Positions 42,186 through 54,244 of a DNA stretch of 64,000 nt are shown in pieces (positions within the stretch are counted from its first letter, which is position 1; each line of letters begins with the position of its first letter). A program made the translations under genes and the position numbers. The notes under the pieces were generated by a model that worked only from the letters and a program-made list of their open reading frames with translations, was not told where the DNA came from and did no database searches. Origin of the DNA: Gekko japonicus. Taxonomy: Eukaryota. The stretch covers positions 3,888,917 through 3,952,916 of the forward strand of contig NW_015165830.1 of NCBI RefSeq assembly GCF_001447785.1. Reading direction: 5' to 3'.

Positions 42186-42535
42186 CAGGACAGCTGCTAA
42201 AGATCACAGGAGGACTGTCTATTTCCCCCCCTGCAAAGCAATACCTGAATGTACTGTACTGTTCTAGCACAGTGTTTCTACCAGATTATGGAGATAAAGA
42301 AGTAAAATGTTTCATACATCTGGAAGAACCAGAAAAAATAATTTTATATTTTTTAAGTATTTTATACATACTAAGGGGTTTTTTGTTTGATGTAATTGAC
42401 AGACATCCTCTCAAGAAATTGGATGGATGGATGTAGTGTACATGTATGCATAGGCACTTAACTGTATTGTTTTATTGCTAGTAAATGACAGCTAGTGATG
42501 TAGTGCATTGGATCAATCTTCTGGGTCAATTTTCT

Positions 42536-42541
42536 ATTAAA
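42536..42541 (+). terminator. Candidate ABCC3 polyadenylation signal (ATTAAA)
   Basis: First ATTAAA/AATAAA hexamer I found after the stop codon; no transcript evidence. Confidence 0.4.
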
Positions 42542-43146
42542 TGAAAAGAATCTGAATGATGTCACTGTGATGCTGGTTCCAAGATTAATCAGGAAGAAAT
42601 TTAAATTGTATTTTAAAATAAGTACCCTAGTTTGACAAAAGTTCCCAATATGTCTCACAGCATTCATACCTTTTCCCCCCTCACACGTCGTACTAATTGT
42701 ATTATAAAACAGGAAATTTAAAAACTAAAATTGATAAAAAGAACAAATACCATACAATAGGGAGGCAATATTTAAACAATGTTAGCACTCAACAGCCTAC
42801 AGTTTAAAAGCCTGGCAGAAAGTAAGGTACCTTTCCTATATAGGCCTGTGGAGTGGATCTGGTATATTTTCAGTGGGAGGAAACTCCACCAACAAGGTGC
42901 CAGCACCAAAGCAGCCCATATCCCCAGTCCACTAGAGCATTTTACATGGAGTTCTTGACCTCAAATCACAGTAAAAAGCATCTTCAAATATCCTAGACCC
43001 AAGGTGTCTACATCTTGATAGTACAGTACTCCAGTACCTTTAGCTACCTTAAGCTCCACCTTGAAACAAAGTGTTACCCACTGTGTCTCTTGTAGTTTTG
43101 GTGTAGTAATGCCCTTGCTGTTAACAAGGGGGGAAAGGCTGTGTTA

Positions 43147-43646
43147 GGCAGCGTTCACACAAGCATGAGATAATGCGGGGGGGGGGGGGGCTATTTGCTC
43201 CACAGGAATTTGACCCGCATTTGCGTGATCATACAGTCCCTGGGAACTGCAGGGGCAGCCCGCCACTGCGTGATCAGATGCAACTGCAGGTGAGTCAGGT
43301 GGGTTTTTTTGCCGCGTATTTCCGGTGCACTTCAACAAGGGATCAATGCTTCGCATCTCTGCACCGAGTGCTCCCTATGCAGTGTGCAATGATGCACATA
43401 CCAAAATGGGGGGGGGACAACGGTATGGAGTCAAGATGGCCCGATCAGACCATCCCGACAGCATGAGAGCGCACTGGCACGATCACACGGGAAAGTCTGT
43501 TCCTGGCCCATAGCAAACCCGTTTGCTACTGGACTTTCCCCTGTGTCTTTTTACTCCGCTTGGCAGATGTTGGCGTCTGATCACGCTCTTAAAATCTGCC
43601 GGCATTCGCGCCTATGGCTCAGCTAATTCTGTGTGTGATCGTGACC
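43147..43646 (-). mobile_element. PIF/Harbinger-type MITE, copy C (diverged)
   Basis: Ends GGCAGCGTTCACAC / GTGTGATCGTGACC; flanks TTA/TTG; body similar to copy A. Confidence 0.65.
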
Positions 43647-43887
43647 TTGCTGCTGCTAGCTGAAATGGCTGTAGTGTTTTTAAGAACCGCCCTATATAAA
43701 GTGTGGTCCTTAGAATGATTTTTCTAAGGAAAGTGTTCGTTGAAAATGTAATTCTGGAGTGGCTACTCTCTGCTGCTTTAAAAAAATACCCGTTTTACAA
43801 GAAAACAAGAAGACAAGAAAAATGTATTTACTGTAAAAAAGAAACAACACACATAGGAAATAAGAATCTGAAGCTTAAGCCAATTGG

Positions 43888-43911
43888 TTTATTTTCTAAT
43901 AATGTTTTATT
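43888..43911 (-). terminator. Candidate ANKRD40 polyadenylation signals (2x AATAAA)
   Basis: tttatt at 43888-43893 and 43906-43911 on +; followed on the - strand by a GU/U-rich tract (~43835-43856). Confidence 0.6.
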
Positions 43912-46900
43912 TTTATATAGCAATGTAGTAAGTCTTGAATCCTATATATCCACTGATATTAATAACTACACAGTTGTTACCAGGTTAACAATTCAGTTAG
44001 CAATGCTAATAAAATCCTCTGTTATAAATTGCATACATAATATAAAAATAGTCCTCTGAGTGCATAGAAAGCTGCCAGTAACTGCAGTATAATCAACGGA
44101 CTTAATGTAATGTGTGAATTAATACTATGGCTAACCAATACATTATCCCAGTTTCTCTCCCACATATTGGATGCTTGTGGGTGTCTTACTCCGGAAAGAA
44201 CAACCAACAATATTTGGACATAGTCTAGCACACAAGAAAGCACACTTTTACTAGAGCCGACAGATTGTGTTCTGAATTGTGGGCTCCTTCTTTTAGAGTT
44301 TGCTCCTGAAAGATGCTGCACGTCCTATAGAACAAAAGTATATTTCCCTTCAAGCATTTCCACAGTAATGGACCGAGTACATTGATTTTAGAAACAAATG
44401 ATTTGCAAAATCAGAACTGGTGCACTCACAGGCTCAGGTCCTGAGCCTTTCAAACCTCAAAAGGCATTTGCCAGGTGAAGTGTGTTTTGTGAGCCCTGGT
44501 TCAACACTGACTTAGTCAGTGGCAATATTTCCACTTTCTGGAGTGTATATTAAATCAGATTTCCAAGGTATAGGGAGACTAAACCATTATAGCTGTACAG
44601 TATCTTGCCAGTGATGTCATCTATGACTCTTAGAATGAATCACCAACATGATGTGTTATCACAGATAACTCCACTAGCCATCAAGCAATTTATAAATTGT
44701 ACTAATGTTTAAGGCCAGGGGTGGGGGAGGTTCCAAGTTCAAATCCCTGATTCCACTGGATATAACACTGTATGAGGTTCTGGATCAAGGACAGTGAAGA
44801 CACTGAAGTTAGGCATCAAAAGAACTGACAAGCATCTCAAGAGTTTGCTGGCACGACCTAAATCCAGAGATTCTTATCTCAGTTATTATGTCAAAGTATC
44901 CCCAAACAAGAGTTTAATGTATATTTCAGCCACATGCCCTTGCTAACCTGGATTGTCACAAATCACTGCACTTGCTCTGTCCAGCTGTGAACTCCAGCTG
45001 CTGTTGGTCATTTATCCCAGGGTTAAAGAGATGAAATGAGATATCTTGCCAGAGGCTATCAGCTCAGGTGAACCCCCTCTTTAACCCTTGAAACAGGTAA
45101 AACTAGGTGTAAGATCAGGGGCTATCCCAGAATAAATCATTGTTTAAACACTCCCATTAGCTGTTAAGGAAGTTAATATTCTAGTCAAATAGCTGCTTTA
45201 CTTATATATTATAAAGCAGTTAAACTGCTACAATATCAAAACAGATATTAATAGTAGTATTTTCTTTTGACCATGCATTGTAGATGAGCCCGTGTAGGTC
45301 CTAATTTCAAATATACTGCCTAAATCAAGAGCTGTACATATAGAGTGATTGTTCAGAATAATGCCATCAACTCTGAACTCCCTTTCACAGGACAGCTCAG
45401 TATTAAAATTCAGTAGCTTAATAGATTATATTAATCACAGTGATTCTACTTGGTCTTACAGGCATGTCAACCACCTTGAAGCCAAATTACATTTGTCATG
45501 AAGCCCCTTTGTCCAAATATCTGAGAAGGGAAGCAGAGACTAAAAATAGTGTTTGGGTACAGCAAATTACACTTAATTATAATCTTTGGCAATCATACAG
45601 AAACTGACAGAAGATTAACATACTTGTGGCCTCTCCAGCCATTGTTCTCCTCTGGCCAACAATAAAGACCCTGTTAGTAAATTTGCTGTTTGCATTTTCT
45701 GTTTTAAACTAATGTAGGATGAAGGTTTCAGAAATCTATAAGTACACAGAAGGCCATTCCTTTCCAGCCCACCTTTTACATGGTATAAAAAGGAAAAGGT
45801 TCCTTTTTTATCAGTCGTGTAGAGCTCTGGTCAACAACCTCTTTGCTGATGAGCCAGTCTGAAGAAACTGCACTCAGTGGCTATGGTTACACATGATCCC
45901 CCCCCCCTCTTTTCTCTCCTTCACTTGCTAAAGCAGCAGGTAAGGAAAGGGAGAGGTGTACCTGCAGGTGAGTGAGAGGAAAGACAGAGAGGCCCCTTTA
46001 TCCTCCACCTCCAGCCAAGCTCTTCTCTTTTTCCCTCCTCTCATTGCCTACTAAGAGAAGCGGATGGCAAAGAGAGGGCAGGAGACTTGGAAACCAAGAC
46101 TGGTAGCTGATAGCCCTGAATTATTTGGACTGCATCTAGACTACCAGTGGGTTAATGCTACAGTGAAAGGATCAGTGAGATCATCCCCCAGTAATGTTTC
46201 AATTGCATAAACCGAAGCAGATAAGAAACTAGTACCCTACTCACAAATCTTTCCTCATATGGTGATCCATTTCCAGCAGAAAGCAGAAAGCATTTTTCCA
46301 CAGAATGTATTACAGTGCAGGCAAATTTCATGTGGGACTGCTCATAATTCTTTGTTTAGGCTTTTTCAAAAAGTTGAAGCCCAAAATTGGGGCCATGAGC
46401 ACATGAATAACAATGCTAACCCCAACCCACGTGAATATTGAAATCGGCAGCAAGACTATTTATCCTGTTGACTACCCAAGTGCCATCCAATTTACAGTAT
46501 GCATTTTTGTACCACAGTTTAAAACCCTCTTCGTTAGTAAGCAGAATCCTACAATTAAGTTTTTATTATTCAAAAGTATTGTTCTGTTCCGTGCCTTTTC
46601 CAGATTTTTAAAAAATTCTAGGACTTGATAACAGAATATTTATAAGGAACCTGAACTAGCAAGATTAGAAGCAGGCATGCCTATATGAAATGCAAGCAAG
46701 TCTTTGAAAAATGCATAGCAATTCCAAGATTTTATATAACTTATCCTGGTACTAAAAATAATTTTACTATTTAAATGCTACATGGTTACTATCCTTTAAA
46801 TAGGTAAACCGTGTCAAGACCAGACTAGTTTGAATAAAGGCTAGGGAAAATTGTGCTCCTTTCTTAGATGGGATCAGGCTGTGGAGTGCAGTTGTCATCT

Positions 46901-48031
46901 TAAACATCCCTCAGAAAACCTCTTAAACTTAAAATAAAATACACCCACGAGATACTACTGAGAAGCAATTCTAAATTAGAGAATTACTTGCTAACACTGC
47001 CGATCAGTGCATTATTTACAGTTGATGCTGTAAAGATGTTTCAATATTTGACATCAGCGCCACTTTAAAGAAGTCACAGCTGATCATTCATTAACACTTT
47101 TGGGACTAGCCAAATTAAGGATTGTGCTTCCATTAAAAAAAAAAAAAAAGCCCAGCTTCACTCCTAAGCAGACAGGGCAGTTTGAGCTGGTTCTTCAACA
47201 TCCTATGCCACAGTGTGCCACTGGGGGGGTGTCATCTTCTGTTGCTGTCTCTAAGGTGTAAAATGTGCAATTTTTACACCCCTTCAGAAGCTTCTGACAG
47301 TTTGTCCCAAGGTTCCCCACTCATATCCTACCACTTAATACCATCAGCTGCTCCTCTCCGTAGGTGCAGGCAGCAGGATCTATTCGTCTTGCACCTGTTT
47401 CCCCAAGGGCACCTAGTGTAATTCATCAATTCATTGATGCATTATACCAACATAACAGTTGGCTGAGAACCCTGATTTCTCCTTTCTCCTCCCCTCCTCC
47501 CTGGAAAAGTAGCTTATTCTCTTCTCAAGCAGCATGTGTTAACTCTAGCTAGATATATGAGGAGTGCCTGCTTGTTAAGTATCCAATTACAAGCATTAAA
47601 TTGAGTTTGTGTTCTGTCCTTCAGTATAAGTGCTCCTGCTATTTTTTAATAAGTAGCAGTTATTAGAACAGTTTAATTCAAGTCTTTCCCTGAGAACTTC
47701 TAACTGCAGTCTTCCAAGAAAGGGTAATTCCCTTGCAAGAAATGCTGCTGTGTGGAGTGACTGTCCTTTATCAGTGCTTAGCATCCTATCCATTATTTCA
47801 GTATTGCTCTGCACAAAAAAATTATCTGCAGATGCAGTTTGACACCCTGATCCTCAAGCACATTTGCCTTGAAGCAAGTCCTGGTGTTTTTAGCCTGAGC
47901 TTGCTTCCAAGCAAGCATGTTTCATAGGTTCACTCTGCCTTCCAAGGTAAAGTAGAATTTGAGGTTATTAGCCCTTACAAAATCCTAGGTTTAACAATTA
48001 ACTACTAGTGACAGGTATTACGTTTAAATAG

Positions 48032-48178
48032 TTAGTAAGTCAACTTTGATGCTTTCTTGTTATAACAAGGCCTTTCAGTCAATGTTGGTGCAGCATTTCT
48101 GAACAGAAAGTCGTTATCACTCATCATTAGAACCAGCTCCAGTTCCTGGAAATCCTGAAGTCTTGCAACATCTTTGTC
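48032..48178 (-). CDS. ANKRD40: ANKRD40 last coding exon (147 nt incl. stop)
   Basis: taaag|GACAAAGAT...; DKDVARLQDFQELELVLMMSDNDFLFRNAAPTLTERPCYNKKASKLTY*, matching the ANKRD40 C-terminus as recalled. Confidence 0.92.
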   Translation of the reverse strand, partial: DKDVARLQDFQELELVLMMSDNDFLFRNAAPTLTERPCYNKKASKLTY

Positions 48179-48282
48179 CTTTAAGGAATAAACACAGTAA
48201 GTTAGAAGCAATGCTCTAGGAATTATGCGGTATCTACCAACACAACAATTTTGCTCACCTTTCAGCCCCATCCCTTCCATAA

Positions 48283-48632
48283 TCTATATATCTAATAGCG
48301 AAGGCGCCCCCTGTGTGCGGATATCTAAATCCACACATCGGGGGCACCTGGGGGGCAGGGAGATTTTCCTGCGCACGTGAGACAATGCCTAGGTGTGCAG
48401 AAAAATCTGAAAACTGTAAAAAAATATAGGGGGAATATTTAAACCCCCCAAAAGTAACAGAGCGCCCCCTGCGCATGTGCAGGGAACGCTCTTAGAACGG
48501 CTTTGACGCCGCCAGAGAAGGGGAGGGGGTGGGGGGGAGAAGGCTGGGCTCACCTGCTGCCGCTTCTGCAAGCCGGGAGCTGTGGGGAATACTTCCCCCC
48601 CCCCGCGCGAGTATTGCGGGTCCCGCCTCTTG
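48283..48632 (+). mobile_element. Non-autonomous Helitron-like element (350 bp)
   Basis: A|TCTATATATCTAATA start; CCCGC...GCGGG hairpin, then CTTG|T end (variant of CTRR); no TSD. Confidence 0.65.
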
Positions 48633-50154
48633 TGTCTATTTAATTCTATGTTTTGTTCTTGGCCTTGAATCTCAAAGTGTTTTGCCAGTGCTGTGCTTTG
48701 AGGCTTTTTACAAGGAAAATGCTAACCACAACAACAAAGAGACCAGACACAGAACTTCTGACCTAACTTGCTGCAGACTGATTCTCCTGAAAGGATGGTT
48801 TATTGGCACAGCACATACTACTTTGCAGCCCTGCAAAATGGGCTTTCAGACAGTTTCCTGTAAGATGACACACCCAAACAGTACAATGGGGAGCTGAAAG
48901 TAATGGCTTCCAATAAGGCCTGACTTTCCATCCCTGAGCCAATCTGTCTCACTTGAATTTTCATGAAATATAAAACATCTGTACGATTATTAGCTTTTGA
49001 GGGAGGTAAAGTGCATGCCATTGCTTATGTCCTTGTCAAGGTGATTTTCACTGGGAATAAAAATATAGTGATTTACTGATTTATTACATGTAGTTACTCC
49101 AATCTAAGACCACTGTTTCACTGGAATTAGCCTGGGGTAATTCTGCATATGATCACAGTGGACAGTTTTTACAATGAGCTTTGAAAAGAGGTCCACATTT
49201 AAATATCTAGTTGCTGCCTGTTGGGAAAGAACGAAAAATAGTGGGTTTTGCATCCTAATCCACCTAAGGGACACAGGTGTGTGTAGAAGGAGGCTTCTGG
49301 GTGAGAAATTGTACCACCGATCCAACTTCAGGGACAGCATACACACATCCCCAAGTTAAGAACCCAGCTACTCAAGAAGAGAGCAAACACTGGTACTACT
49401 ATCAAGTGTGACCTGGGCTACATACAAACAGCCAGATCTAAATTAGAGTCAGCAAAAGGAATTAAGTAATCTGTGTTCTAGTTAAAGGCACAGTTAAGGA
49501 GAGCAATTTCGTTTATAAACAAAATTCAAAGAAGCTGACCTTACAAAACTGAGGCAAGAACAAGGCAGTGGGTTTACCTCTTGGACTGGGATCACCAGTG
49601 ATTGGGTGAAGCCTGTTTATCTAGTACTAAATCAGATTAGCTCAGCAGGTTGAAGGTAACTAGGTTCTTGAGGGATTCTAGGGTGAGCTAAGGGCACAGA
49701 GTGACTAGGGAAGGAATGTCCTGCTCTTGTCTGTCTTGCATAGCAAAACACTTATTCATTCCAACAGAATATCTAAACAGGGATTTCAGCTGTACAAAAG
49801 CTCTGTATGTGTGTATGTGTGAGAGAGAGAGAACAATGCATTTTCCTTCCTAGCAGTGATGTTAATTTAAAAAGAAATATTTAGAACGTTGCATGTGAAG
49901 TTATTTGATGCTTAGCAAGACTAGTGTGTGCAAAATGTTCACTGCAGAGTAGTCCTGCTGACTTTATGAAGATCATGCTGAGAGATCAGCAGTATCTGTA
50001 AATCTAAGTTGTAAGGAGAGGCTACTACTACATGGCATTTCTGAATGTAACTGGACAGTTTAAATAACCATGTAAAGGAAATGGGTTTCACTATTAGCTG
50101 CCAACAACAACCAGCCTAGTTTACTTCTTCGGCAGGGTGACTCATTTTGGTAAG

Positions 50155-50568
50155 ATCATAGAATAATAGATTTGGAAGGTACCTCCAGGGTCATCTAGTC
50201 CATCCCTCTGCACAATGCAGGAAATTCACAAATACCTCCCCCCACACCCCCAGTGACTCCCACTCCATGCCCAAAAAGATGACAAAAAATTTCCAGGATC
50301 CCCAGCCAAACTGGCCTGGAGGAAAAAATGCTTCCTGACCCCAAAGTGGCAATTGGCATTTTCCTGGGCATGTACGAAAGGGCCACAAGAACTAAGCATT
50401 AAGGCAACCTTTCCTGCCCTCCCTCTCATGATCTGCCTAAATTCACAGAATCAGCATTGCTGTTAGATGACCATCTAGCCTCTGCCTGAAAGCCTCCAAA
50501 GAAGGAGAGACCACCACCTCCCGAGGAAGCCTGTTCCACTGAGGGACTGCTCTAGCTGGTAAAGAAGG
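50155..50568 (-). mobile_element. CR1-type LINE 3' end
   Basis: atcatagaataatagatttggaagg...gggtcatctagtcc is the reverse of a CR1-type 3' terminus. Confidence 0.7.
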
Positions 50569-50623
50569 TTCAATGGATGAAAATGTTTTGACTCCTGCAA
50601 GACTTTTGATAATGTCCCACATG

Positions 50624-52424
50624 GGACTTCCGGTTGATGGCAGCGCGCTAGCAGACTCACCTCCCGGACCTCCCAGGGGAGAAGCTGCGCTCCAGCCGAA
50701 GGAGGGGGTGCGCAGGCTCGTCTCCCCCCCAGGGACCCGGTTGAAGGGACCCTGGCCATGGAACTTCTGAGAGGTCGCCTCTTCAATGGCGTAATGCCGG
50801 AGAATTGAGGCGCCTTTCCGTTCCGATGGTTCTCCATGCTGCGAGACCGAATGGGCTTAGTGACGCCGACCGGGGCAAGCGCAGGAGATCGAGCGTGAGA
50901 TATGGAGTGTAATCGAGGTCGGAAGACCAATTATGAACGTGAGTCAGACTATAAGCATTGATTAAAGAGAAAAGAAAGCTCCCCACCCTATCCCACGGAA
51001 CAGAAAATCAGGCGAGCGGGGGAGGGACGCCTCCCATGCGCATGAATTTATGAGCGAATGAGGGGGGGAGCAGAAGAAAACGTGGTTAAAACTGTCAAGG
51101 AGTACTTACCAAAGCGAGTCTGAGTGTTTGAGTGCATATTCAGAGACTTTTTAAAAATATGCGAAAGTAAACAATCGATAAAGATGGCGGGGAAGAGGAC
51201 GGAGAAAGAAAAACTTTTGAAATCGAAAGTAACTGAGAGCCAATGAGCTGGCAAAAACTTTGGCAGAATCCATGCGCCCCCTGATGGACCAGATGAATAA
51301 CTTCAAAGAGCAGATGACAAAAATGACCCAGTGCATCACCACTCAGCAAATGCAGATAAATGAGACTTTGCAAATGATGAACCAAACAGCTGAGAAGGTG
51401 AAAGAAGTGGACGCCACTGCACAAAAGGTGAAGAAGAAAGTACAAAAACTGGAAAAGAAGCAAGTTTCTACAGAAGATCAGCTGCTACAATTACAAATGG
51501 AAAAGGCTAACATGATTCTTCGCTTCCAGGGCATGCCAGAGACCAAGGGAGAGAATCTGAAGAAAAGGATGAGCAAAATATTGGCCCCAGTGACAGATAT
51601 GAAGGCGGAACTTTTGCTAAGCGAAATGGATGTGGCCTTCAAGTCATATTCAGGATACATAAAGAAAAATTATCTGCCTGGGGAAATTGTAGTAAGATTC
51701 TTGAAGAGGCATGTGAGGGATGCAATCCTGAAAGCAGTATCTGGAGCACCCTGAGAGACGGGGAGAATGCCATCAGAGTACTAAAAGACATTCCATGTGA
51801 AATAAGACAAAGAAATACAAGAATTAACTCTCTTTCTTCAGACAAACTCAATAGGATACAGATGGCTAATTCCAGAATGCATTACCTTCAAAATTAAGGA
51901 TAAAAAAGAAAAGATTGACTCTGTTCTGAAAGCACGGGAATTTTTGAGAGTCCAGCTGGGAGGGCCAGTGGAGGAAGAAAAAGAAGGGATGGACAGTAAT
52001 TCCAGGGGTGAGCTAGACTCGGGATCTTCCGGAGAGGACTCTCTTTCAGAGAAAGGGCCAGCGGCTCCTAAAAGTCCTTATAAACTGCGGAAGAGACTGG
52101 GAAAAGAGAAGTGAAGGCTGAAGGACACTGAATTGTGCCTTTGAGTTTTTGAAATGAGATGCTTTGGGGTATTTCTTAATGAGGTTAAGATTGGGAAAAA
52201 AGTTAACAAAAAATATATTTGACCTAGTTCATAATGGGATTAACGAGATTAAGATTTGATGTATGCTTAAACTGATTAGAAGATCTCCTCTCTTAGGATT
52301 TTAGTCATTAGTGGGTATCTTTGCTTTGTCCCTAGATGTAGTCCCTTACCTTTTTTCTGCTGTAGTTTGTAGTGATTATATATATATTAAAAAATCCCCT
52401 CCGGGGGTCATAAAAAAAAGAAAA
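50624..52424 (+). mobile_element. ORF1-only L1 derivative (HAL1-like, 1.8 kb)
   Basis: CpG-rich 5' region, frameshifted L1 ORF1-like coding 51184-52114, short 3'UTR, A-rich tail, perfect 16-bp TSD GATAATGTCCCACATG. Confidence 0.8.
51184..52114 (+). pseudogene. Disrupted L1 ORF1p-like coding region (coiled coil, RRM-like, C-terminal domain)
   Basis: Heptad-rich stretch, then LRFQGMPETKGENL...EIVVRFLKRHVRDAILK; frameshifted continuation IRVLKDIP...YRWLIPE. Confidence 0.75.
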
Positions 52425-53679
52425 GATAATGTCCCACATGATATTCCCACAAGGAATAGGAGAGGGGCGAGTATACCTCCAAGAGACGGGACTGGAAAGC
52501 TTCAGATGTTCCAAGATGCAGTCAATTTCAGCCAGTGTGGTAACAATTAGGGCATTACTATCAAGGTGGGAGGAGGAATTAAATGATATTCCACAGGAAT
52601 CCGTCCTGATTAATAGTCTGGGTGAAAGGATTAAGGATGTATTTATAGTTGAAGATGAACAGTGATGAAACCGTGGGCCAGATTTAAAACCAATAAACTT
52701 GAAACAAAGTTCAAAATGCATAGAATGTATACCTGGGGGAAGGGGTCGAAAGAGAAATGTGCAAGCCTGTAGAACTGCCAAAGGCAACAAATCTGGGTTG
52801 CTGTGTTGGGCAAAAAGATTAGTTCTGCCCTTGCAGCTGCTCACAATCCCCCTGGGCAGGAGCATGAAGGTGAGAGGCACAAACTCAGCAGTTGTATGGA
52901 TTTGTTTTCACAATGGAACATTAGCAAAGGAGACAATCTGATGTACACAGGCCCGAAGCAGTTTAGATCTGCCAGTTCCAAAGACTGCACTTTGAACTGT
53001 TCAAGGGGAGAATACAGAGAGGCAAAGCAATTCCTTGATGACAAATATCACAACTCATTTAACAAAATAAATTAAAAGATGAAGCTGGGATTTCCAAGTT
53101 TCTAATATGCATACCATGCCACATGCTTCCTGATGTGGTTTACAGACTATATTGTCTAATCCTACTCAATGGGTCATACTACATACTACATGGGTGTCAG
53201 AAAGAAAATGCTGAGGCCGGATTTAGGCTCCATAAAGGTAGGACACAGCCATGTCAGAGCATGAACAACAGTTATATTGCGTTCCTTTGAGCCCAGTTTC
53301 AGTTCTCAGGTACATTGTTTGTTCTGATCTAGAAACAGTTGCATGCAACATGTAGTAAGTAGTGTGGGGAGAAAAGTCATGCATAGTACTCCTGAATAAT
53401 ATGTGAGGGCAGGAATTCCTGGAACTTCAAACAAATGGATAGGAATGTACATCTTTCTCTGCATTGTGTGGAGCCAATAGGGAGTTCATAATGCACATTT
53501 GGGGAGTAATATATCTGTCCTGTCCCTGCCAATCTGTACCTATTCATCTGCGTGGGTAGGCCAGTTTATTTGAGATCAGCAATGACCAGGGTCAAACTGC
53601 AACTGTAGAAGGAAAACAGGAATTCTTTAGATTAGCCCTTTTTGCCCACTGCAAGTAGCATCCAATATAAGTTTACATG

Positions 53680-54186
53680 GGCTGCGGTCACACGGAGCAT
53701 TAGGCATGCTAGAGAGACAGAAGATAGGCGGATTTTCCGGCCTTGATCTCACCACCACATCTGGGAAGTGTAGAGCTCCCGTGGCGAACCCGAGGCTCCC
53801 CGCCGAAGACACACTGTTAAAAACCGTGTAATGCTGTTAAAAACCGGTAACCGTGGGGCAAGGGTGGGCATCTGATCGTGTTTCCGGTGGTAGTTCTGGC
53901 GCCCGCTCATGCCCCCTCGTATAAAGGTGTTTTTTTTTTCCAACTGTCCATGGGATGCACACAAGCACCCAACGGGGCATGTGCACACTTTGGTGTCCGG
54001 AAAACAAATCACCCGTTTGCTGCGCCGCTTCTTTGCCGTGGCGCAGGATTGTGGTGTGCTCGGCACCTCCCCCCTTCCACGGGACCTCCATGGTACATCT
54101 GCTGGTGCAACCGCGTGTTATTTTGCCCTGGGGCAAACAGCCACGCCTCCCCCCCCCCGCGATATCCGGCCCGTGTGACCGGGGCC
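53680..54186 (+). mobile_element. PIF/Harbinger-type MITE, copy D
   Basis: Same TIRs as copy B and closely similar body; flanks ATG/AAG. Confidence 0.8.
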
Positions 54187-54244
54187 AAGGTATAGCGGTG
54201 CATTCAAATCCCCCGCTGTGTGAACAATCTAACTGGACGTTACA

